A stretch of 64,000 bases of DNA from an uncultured Ruminococcus sp. (lineage in GTDB: Bacteria; Bacillota; Clostridia; Oscillospirales; CAG-272): assembly GCA_964621755.1 (NCBI GenBank), contig CAZUPI010000006.1, positions 4,024-68,023 of the forward strand. The letters are read 5' to 3'. The translations under genes were made by a program, and so were the position numbers. The notes below the pieces were generated by a model. The model saw nothing but the letters and a program-made list of their open reading frames with translations, ran no database searches and had not been told where the DNA came from. Shown one piece after another: positions 57,733-64,000 of the stretch. Each line of letters opens with the position of its first letter. Within the stretch, counting starts at the first letter, position 1.

Positions 57733-59229
57733 ATGAGAAACAACAGCTTTACAAGAAGCAGAAAATTTAAATACGGCTCTGTCGCAACCCTGTTCACAGT
57801 AGCGTTCATTGCCATTGTCGTCATTTTCAACATTATCTTCACCGCACTTGCCTCGAAGTACTTATGGTACATCGACATGACGGAAGAGCAGCTGTTCACG
57901 CTGTCCGAGGAAGCAAAGGAAATCATGTCGGATATCAAAAACGAAGTCAACATCTACTTCGCGAGCGAACCGGACGTTCTCATGACCGGCACCAACTCAA
58001 GCTACATGAAGTACGTATACACGACCGCACTCCAGCTTGAGGAGGAATTTAAAAATGTGCACGTGGAATGTGTCGACGTTCTGAAAAATCCCTCGTTCTT
58101 CCGCGAGTTCTACCAGACCGCGGCGACTGACATCGATACAGACTCGGTTGTCGTAGAGAGCGGCGGCGAGGTCCGTGTTTTCACCGCTGAGGCGTTCTTC
58201 AGCTTCAGTGACCTGACCGACCCGACGACCGTATGGGCGTACAACGGCGAAAACAAGATGTTATCCGGTATTATGCAGGTCACACAGACAGACACGCCGG
58301 TGGTATCGTTCACCACAGAGCACGGCGAAGACCTGGGAAGCGCAGCATACCTGATGCAGCTTTTCTATGACAACGGATTTACCGTAGAGCCTGTGAACCT
58401 CGCGCAGGACACGCTGAGCGAAGACTGCCGGATTCTCGTCATCTACGACCCAATATATGACTTCGTCGGCGCAGAGGCCGAGGACGCGTCCAAGAATGAA
58501 ATCGAGAAGATAGACAAGCTCCTCGACAACTACGCGGCGCTCATCGTATTTGAATCCCCGGAGAACGTCTCGAACCTCACGAACCTGAACGAGTTCTTAG
58601 AAGAATGGGGTATCGCTTACGTAGCTGACACGACCATTCGCGATACCGAGCACTCCATGTCCGTCGACGGCTACTCCATCATCACAGAATACCAGCAGGA
58701 CACCCTCGGCGCTTCGATCTACCGCGACTTAAATAACCTCGCAACCCCGCCGAAGACCATCATCCGCAAAGCCGCGCCTATCGATATCCTGTGGACAAGC
58801 GGCGGCGGTCTGAGCGGCAGCCGCGACGTATCGGCGGTCCTCAAGTCCTATGATACCGCAGAGCAGGTCGAAAACGGCATCGTCACGGGCAGCGACTCCT
58901 ACAACCTCGTCACCATCTCACGGGAGACCCGCATTGTCGACAACGAGTACTACTACTCCTACGTCATGGCATTCGGTTCCCCGACCTTCGCGAACGGAAG
59001 CTACCTCGAGTCCAACGCCTACGCAAACGACGACATCATCGCCGCCACGATGCAGGCAATCGGCCGCGAACGCGTCCTTTCCAAGCTCGACCGCAAGCCC
59101 TTTGACGACGACGACATCACCATCACCACCGCTGAGTCCAACCGCTGGACCATCGCCATGACCACCGTCATCCCCGTCATCTTCGCGGTAGCTGGTCTCG
59201 TGGTGATTACCAGAAGAAAACATAGCTAA
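57733..59229 (+). CDS. GldG-like ABC transporter auxiliary protein (operon 2)
   Basis: 498 aa with N- and C-terminal TM anchors. Colinear similarity with ORF 3264..4754 (for example ...VNIYF/VNIYIL, C-terminal ...VIPVIFAVAGLVVITRRKH). Confidence 0.7.
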   Translation: MRNNSFTRSRKFKYGSVATLFTVAFIAIVVIFNIIFTALASKYLWYIDMTEEQLFTLSEEAKEIMSDIKNEVNIYFASEPDVLMTGTNSSYMKYVYTTALQLEEEFKNVHVECVDVLKNPSFFREFYQTAATDIDTDSVVVESGGEVRVFTAEAFFSFSDLTDPTTVWAYNGENKMLSGIMQVTQTDTPVVSFTTEHGEDLGSAAYLMQLFYDNGFTVEPVNLAQDTLSEDCRILVIYDPIYDFVGAEAEDASKNEIEKIDKLLDNYAALIVFESPENVSNLTNLNEFLEEWGIAYVADTTIRDTEHSMSVDGYSIITEYQQDTLGASIYRDLNNLATPPKTIIRKAAPIDILWTSGGGLSGSRDVSAVLKSYDTAEQVENGIVTGSDSYNLVTISRETRIVDNEYYYSYVMAFGSPTFANGSYLESNAYANDDIIAATMQAIGRERVLSKLDRKPFDDDDITITTAESNRWTIAMTTVIPVIFAVAGLVVITRRKHS

Positions 59230-59235
59230 CTGACT

Positions 59236-59331
59236 GGGGGATACTTTTTTCCTTAAAAAGTACCCCCGCCCCATCCCTAAAAGTTTTTGCCAGGCTTTTT
59301 CAAAAAGCCGCGTTCCCCCTACAAAACCCTT
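59236..59331 (+). repeat. Intergenic repeat family copy E7 (compound: two hairpins, two box-like segments) inside operon 2
   Basis: GGGGGATACTTTTTTCCTTAAAAAGTACCCCC, CCCCATCCCTAAAAGTTTTT, GGCTTTTTCAAAAAGCC, CCCCCTACAAAACCCTT. Confidence 0.6.
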
Positions 59332-59350
59332 AGAAAGACGTTATTTTGAT

Positions 59351-60916
59351 ATGATTAAAAAACAGAAAACGCTTATTATTGTATTTGGGGCGCTGTTCCT
59401 TGTGCTGCTTGTGTTGTATCTTGCCGTGATTCGTCCGCTTACAACTGTGGAGGATGACGGCACGGTTACGCAGGAGCTGCTTCCGGGTGAAGTGCAAGTG
59501 ACCGCGAAGACCACCAACATTTACATTTTCGAGCCGATACAGCGTTCCTCCATCCAGTCAATCAAGGTGGAAAACGAGTACGGCGGGTACACGATTTACC
59601 GCGACGCGGCCGATACGTTCCAGCTTGAGGGATGTCTCGGACTGAGCTTCGACCAGGAGTTATTCTCCAGCCTCGTTGTTTCAGCCGGTACGCCGACCGC
59701 GATGATGCGTGTTGCGGTTGACCTGACCGACGAGCAGCTGGCGGAATACGGCCTTGACGACCCACAAGCTTCGTGGACCGTCACGACCACCACCGGTGAG
59801 GAATTCACAATGTACGTAGGAGACGAGCTCGTGACCGAGGGCGGCTACTACGTCAAGTATGCCGATCGCGACGCGGCGTACATCGTAAGCACCACGCTGG
59901 CGGACACGATTTTGCAGCCTGCAAAGGCGCTTCTGACGCCCCTTTTGACTGCCGGAATGTCGCAGAACGACTACTTCTATGTTGACGATTTCACGGTATG
60001 GCACGGTGAAGACCTGTTCGTTCACATCCAGCGTGTGCCGGACGAAGAGAAGCAGAACCCCGACGCGATTACGGAAATCAAGATGACCTATCCGCTTCCC
60101 GAGGGCGGCGGAAACGGCGTGTACTACGAGGCAAACGACAGCCTGTACTACGAGATTCTGTACAACTTCATCGCACTTCAGGGCGAATCGGTAGAGTGCC
60201 TCCTCCCGACCGACGAGGAGTTGGAAGAATACGGCCTTGCAGAGCCGAAGTACACCATAGCGTACACCTTTGAAGACTACCAGTTTTTCATCTTCGTATC
60301 AGAACAGCAGAAGGACGGTTCGTACTACGCGGTATCGAACCTGTTCGGGTATGCGCTTGTATGCAAAGTTTCCAACGATATGCTGTACTGGTTGGAAGGA
60401 GACACCTTCACGTGGATATTCCCGACACCGTTCTTTGTGAATATCACAGAGGTGGCGCGCATCACACTGAAGAACGACGATATCGATGTAGACTACCGTC
60501 TGACGCACTCAGTTGACGAAGACCAAACGGCAGTTCTCGACGTATTGGAAGTAAACTCCGGCACCGCAATACCGAACGCGGAGGTCAAGAACTTCCGTGA
60601 ATATTACAAGACGATGCTGAATATCACGAATCAGGAATACGCGCTGCTGTCCGCTGAGGATCGTGAAGCGCTGACCGCGGACGACAGCCGCCTTGTCCTC
60701 ACGATGACATATGAGAACACCGACGGCGACGAGTACGAGTACAAATTCTACCAGTACTACGAAACCTCGACCGGCAAGCTGAGCACGGGTAAGATTTTCG
60801 TCGTTGTCAACGGCGCTGGCGAATTCTACACCACGAATGACCTTGTGGAAAAGGTCGTCAACGACACCAGCCGCGTTCTCAACGGTCTTGACGTAGACCC
60901 GTATGGGCATAACTAA
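59351..60916 (+). CDS. DUF4340-like membrane-anchored protein (operon 2), 521 aa
   Basis: N-terminal TM (LIIVFGALFLVLLVLYLAV) and the same operon position as ORF 2275..3303. It is larger than its paralog. Confidence 0.6.
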   Translation: MIKKQKTLIIVFGALFLVLLVLYLAVIRPLTTVEDDGTVTQELLPGEVQVTAKTTNIYIFEPIQRSSIQSIKVENEYGGYTIYRDAADTFQLEGCLGLSFDQELFSSLVVSAGTPTAMMRVAVDLTDEQLAEYGLDDPQASWTVTTTTGEEFTMYVGDELVTEGGYYVKYADRDAAYIVSTTLADTILQPAKALLTPLLTAGMSQNDYFYVDDFTVWHGEDLFVHIQRVPDEEKQNPDAITEIKMTYPLPEGGGNGVYYEANDSLYYEILYNFIALQGESVECLLPTDEELEEYGLAEPKYTIAYTFEDYQFFIFVSEQQKDGSYYAVSNLFGYALVCKVSNDMLYWLEGDTFTWIFPTPFFVNITEVARITLKNDDIDVDYRLTHSVDEDQTAVLDVLEVNSGTAIPNAEVKNFREYYKTMLNITNQEYALLSAEDREALTADDSRLVLTMTYENTDGDEYEYKFYQYYETSTGKLSTGKIFVVVNGAGEFYTTNDLVEKVVNDTSRVLNGLDVDPYGHN

Positions 60917-60920
60917 TGTG

Positions 60921-60956
60921 GCATATTTGCGGGCATATTTGCGGGCATATTTGCGG
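60921..60956 (+). repeat. 3 x 12-bp perfect tandem repeat (GCATATTTGCGG)
   Basis: Three contiguous identical units directly after the DUF4340-like stop. The last GCGG is also the first 4 nt of the E8 hairpin. Confidence 0.9.
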
Positions 60957-61011
60957 GGAAACCTTTTTTAGGAAAAGGGTTCCCCGCGCCCCTTCCAAAA
61001 CCTTTTTAATC
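60953..61011 (+). repeat. Intergenic repeat family copy E8
   Basis: GCGGGGAAACCTTTTTTAGGAAAAGGGTTCCCCGC plus GCCCCTTCCAAAACCTTTTTAATC. Confidence 0.75.
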
Positions 61012-61028
61012 TGGGAATGAATAGAAAA

Positions 61029-61055
61029 GGCGGATGTACATTTGGTACATCCGCC
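61029..61055. terminator. Bidirectional intrinsic terminator
   Basis: GGCGGATGTAC-ATTTG-GTACATCCGCC flanked by AAAA and TTTT. Confidence 0.7.
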
Positions 61056-61167
61056 TTTTGTTGCGGGTATGTTATGTTTAATTATTGAAGTTTTTCTTTT
61101 CCCCGGCGCTAAGCTCTTTCTTAACTTGCCTATCATGGGGAAAACTTTTCTCAAGAATCACCCGTTA

Positions 61168-62697
61168 TCAGCCATTCTTCTGTTCTTCAAAAGACTCTAT
61201 AATCTTCTCGAGCTGCGTGCTTGCAACTTTTTCAAGAGAGCTATACTTAGAAGCGAAGTCTCCGTTGCCGACTACTGCGCTATAGAAAGTGTTCTGCATC
61301 AGAATCTGGCTGAGTTCGCCGCTCCATGCAAGCGGGAACGAGTTGCCGAGGCTGTCATGGATGATATCGATCATCTGCGCCGATACATTGTCACGCGTGT
61401 ACTTGACCTTCAGCGCGTTCTCGTAGTACTCAGGGAGGACGCCCTCGTTGGTCTCGCGGTTCAGCACTTCAATAACCGTAGAAATGAAATCTAACGAATT
61501 GGGCTGTGCCGTTATCGGAATCAGACCGATTTCGGAGGTGTCATGCGCGCTGGTCACGTAGCTGTCGGATTCTTCCATCTTCGGGTACGGTATCAAGCTG
61601 ATTTCATCTTCCATATCGCGGAATGCGGCGTACTCGAGCGAGCCGAGTCTCTGGTCGCCGATGAAGATGGACAGACCGCTTGTAAAGTTTGAAATCGTGT
61701 CAGGCTGGCTGTCGTTAAATACGCTCAGCGTTCCCGAAGTCGAGCTGGTGAATATTTTTATGAGATATTCGGTCAGCGCGAGAGAGCGTTCGTTGAACAC
61801 CGTAATGGTCGGATAGCCCTGTTCATCCCGTTCTACAAAGCCCGGGTTAGCAGAGATAAGGAACGGAATCATCGGTCCCCACGCCTGGTAGGCAACGTAA
61901 CCGTACATGTCCTCTTTATCCGCGGAGCCGTTGCCATTCGTATCAAGGTATGCGCCCTCGCAGATGGAAATCATCTTGTCGTAGGTCCATTCGCCGTTCA
62001 GAACCATTTCATACACTTCATCGCCGTTGCCGAACACGTTTGTGTACGTGGACTTATTAAACAGCAGCCCATGAGATGTGCGGAGCACGTCGATGAAGAA
62101 GTCGCCAGCCAGCATATACTGATAGTTGTAGTTCATGGAAATGTCGCTCATGAAGTTCTTGTACCAGTACGGCTGGTCGAAGTCGAAGTTATCCATATCA
62201 AGCGCATTGTAGAACGAGCCCTCGACAGTCAAAGGCGCGGAGCCCAGAATGTCGTTTATGATGAGGTCGAACACGTCGTCTGCGGACTGAATATAGTTGC
62301 GGATCAAAGTCGCCACGCCATCATAACTGACGTTCGTCTCTGTGAATACAAGATTAATGTCCAGCGCCTCCATAACGTCGAGGTTTCTCTGGAATGCGGC
62401 GTCGGACGCAGCGTCGCCGGTCAGCTCCTCCGGACCTTCAATCAAGTAGTTGGACGACTGAAGCGTGCTGGTTGCCGCATTTACAGAGGTACTGATACGG
62501 AAATCACGTCCGTCAAAGGATACGCCTGCAAATGGGTCAGGCACTTCCGTTTCTGCCTCTATTTCGGATGCGGAAGGCGTATTGCTGCCGGCGCCAGGAA
62601 GCGCACCGCCCTCACCCTCGTCGGATGTGCTTGCACAAGCTGAAGCGCTTGCTGCAAGCATCAAAAGCGCAAGCACAAGTGAAATTTTCCTTTTCAT
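61168..62697 (-). CDS. Extracellular solute-binding lipoprotein (large, about 500-aa ABC sugar-type SBP)
   Basis: Lipoprotein signal MKRKISLVLALLMLAASASAC. Colinear similarity to the downstream paralog. Confidence 0.7.
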   Translation of the reverse strand: MKRKISLVLALLMLAASASACASTSDEGEGGALPGAGSNTPSASEIEAETEVPDPFAGVSFDGRDFRISTSVNAATSTLQSSNYLIEGPEELTGDAASDAAFQRNLDVMEALDINLVFTETNVSYDGVATLIRNYIQSADDVFDLIINDILGSAPLTVEGSFYNALDMDNFDFDQPYWYKNFMSDISMNYNYQYMLAGDFFIDVLRTSHGLLFNKSTYTNVFGNGDEVYEMVLNGEWTYDKMISICEGAYLDTNGNGSADKEDMYGYVAYQAWGPMIPFLISANPGFVERDEQGYPTITVFNERSLALTEYLIKIFTSSTSGTLSVFNDSQPDTISNFTSGLSIFIGDQRLGSLEYAAFRDMEDEISLIPYPKMEESDSYVTSAHDTSEIGLIPITAQPNSLDFISTVIEVLNRETNEGVLPEYYENALKVKYTRDNVSAQMIDIIHDSLGNSFPLAWSGELSQILMQNTFYSAVVGNGDFASKYSSLEKVASTQLEKIIESFEEQKNG

Positions 62698-62747
62698 ACT
62701 TACCTATCTTTCTTAATTAGGTTCAAAACGAAATCCATATGGACCCG

Positions 62748-62786
62748 GTATAAAAGTTTTTGAGGGGGCTTGGGGTAAGCCCCCCC
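62748..62786 (-). repeat. Intergenic repeat family copy E9 (reverse orientation)
   Basis: The minus strand reads GGGGGGGCTTACCCCAAGCCCCC plus TCAAAAACTTTTATAC, between the two SBP genes. Confidence 0.65.
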
Positions 62787-62803
62787 AATATCTCTTTCCA
62801 AAA

Positions 62804-64000
62804 TCAGGAGTTCAGATTCGATTCAAGCTGCATCTCTATGCACTGCTCTATCATTTTATTAAGCTGCTTCGTTGCGGCTTTTTCAAGAGTTTTATATTTG
62901 GAGGTAAAATCTGTGGAATTAGCGGAAATTGCGCTGTTGAATGTTGCGTTGAGGAAAATGCCGGACAAACCGTTGGAGAAAGCGAGCGGGAATCCGTTGC
63001 CGTAGTGGTCGTGGATAATGTCAATCATCTGCGCGGAGGAGGTATCACGAGTGTACTTTATCTTGAGAGCAGACTCGTAGTAGTGCGGGAGAACCTGCAC
63101 ATAGGTTTCGCGGCAGAGAACCTCGATAACGGTGCTGATGAAATCAAGACGATCGTAAGATACGGAAACAGGGATAAAGCCCAGTTCTGCGGTGTCATGT
63201 GTGGAAGTTACATAGTCATCCTGAAGCTCGTCAAGCATCGGATACGGGAGAACCGCAAGTCCAATTTCTGCATCGCGGAAGGATGCGTTTTCAAGAGAAC
63301 CGAGTCTCTCGTAGCCAATGAACAGGGATCGTCCTTCAAGGAAGATGGATTCTGTCTGTGCCTCATCGCCGGATGTAAGATTAATACCGGTTGCGTTGTT
63401 GTTAAGAATCGAGTTAAGCTTTTCCGTCAGGGAGATGGAACGCTCGTTGTTAAGCGCCAGCTCCGGATAACCGTCATCTGTTCTGGTAATAAATCCAGGG
63501 TCTGCGGAAATCAGCCACGGAATCATCGGTCCCCAGTACTCAAACGCCACGAGACCGTACTGATCCCCTTTGTCATGCGCACCGTTGCCGTTCAAGTCGA
63601 GATAACAGTTTTCTATGAGCATCTTGACGTTGTCAAGCGTCCATTCGTGGTTCAGCACCATTGCATATACGTCCTCGGGGTCGCCGTATGTATCGGTGTA
63701 CAAGTCCTTATTCATAACAAGACAGTGCGTGCAGCGGAGCATGTCGATAAAATAGTCGCCTGCCAGAATAAAGCGGAGGTTCTCGTTGATAGAAATATCG
63801 CTCATAAATTCGTCATACCACCACGGATTGGAGAAATCAAAGTTTTGACCGCTGTAAGCATTGTGGAAAAGTCCCTCAGGCGTGATAGGCGCAAGACCAT
63901 AGATGTCATTGATGATGACGTCATACGAGGCATCGCCCGACTGGAGAAGCTGTCTGATATTCGAAGCCACTACATCGTACGAATAGTCTACGTTTTCGTA
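62804..64000 (-). CDS. Extracellular solute-binding protein paralog; 5' end outside the window
   Basis: The frame stays open to nt 64000 (YENVDYSYDVVASNIRQLL... aligns with TNVSYDGVATLIRNYI... of the neighbour). Confidence 0.7.
   Translation of the reverse strand, partial: YENVDYSYDVVASNIRQLLQSGDASYDVIINDIYGLAPITPEGLFHNAYSGQNFDFSNPWWYDEFMSDISINENLRFILAGDYFIDMLRCTHCLVMNKDLYTDTYGDPEDVYAMVLNHEWTLDNVKMLIENCYLDLNGNGAHDKGDQYGLVAFEYWGPMIPWLISADPGFITRTDDGYPELALNNERSISLTEKLNSILNNNATGINLTSGDEAQTESIFLEGRSLFIGYERLGSLENASFRDAEIGLAVLPYPMLDELQDDYVTSTHDTAELGFIPVSVSYDRLDFISTVIEVLCRETYVQVLPHYYESALKIKYTRDTSSAQMIDIIHDHYGNGFPLAFSNGLSGIFLNATFNSAISANSTDFTSKYKTLEKAATKQLNKMIEQCIEMQLESNLNS

Noticed and set aside
60879-61154. 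91-aa minus-strand ORF containing ICPQICPQICPQIC.
   Set aside because: It is a translation artefact of the 12-bp tandem repeat and repeat element E8 in an intergenic region. It spans two hairpins.

Overview
The window reads as a Firmicutes/Clostridia-type chromosomal segment that is fairly GC-rich. This assignment is my inference from gene content and synteny; no search was run. About 90% of it is housekeeping genes: a 3' part of recD2, mreB, rpsT, lepB-rbgA-rnhB-yraN, thrC, tig-clpP-clpX, apbE, miaB-ymcA(ricA)-mutS-mutL-tgt, a lipoate module (lplA-like, free lipoyl-domain protein, lipA, lplA-like), recA-recF-recX, rimO-pgsA, ogg, a T-box-controlled cysE-CPBP-cysS operon, gpmI and pgeF. RNA genes are two identical tRNA-Leu(GAG) genes, each with its own consensus promoter and terminator. 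They form a roughly 735-bp-period direct repeat that brackets a Nim/PNPOx-family gene. Two paralogous four-gene operons (ABC ATPase, ABC-2 permease, GldG-like, DUF4340-like) lie on opposite strands about 50 kb apart. One visibly AT-richer accessory stretch (about 9.8-15.2 kb) looks like a decaying island. It holds a MATE gene with two homopolymer frameshifts and a truncated 3' end, a frameshifted LytTR response regulator, an intact AgrC-like kinase, and remnants of two fused ABC exporter genes. Beyond gene content, the main signals are these. (1) A dispersed intergenic repeat family of about 40-95 bp with at least 11 copies: a G-rich/ACTTTTTT hairpin plus a CCCC-TTTC-AAAAAACTTTATAC-like box. 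(2) Six in-frame 21-bp tandem repeats that form a heptad-repeat tail on LipA. (3) recF placed between recA and recX. No CRISPR array, rRNA, transposase or integrase gene could be supported. All calls come from reading the sequence and the ORF translations by eye, so family names are motif-based recognitions rather than search results.
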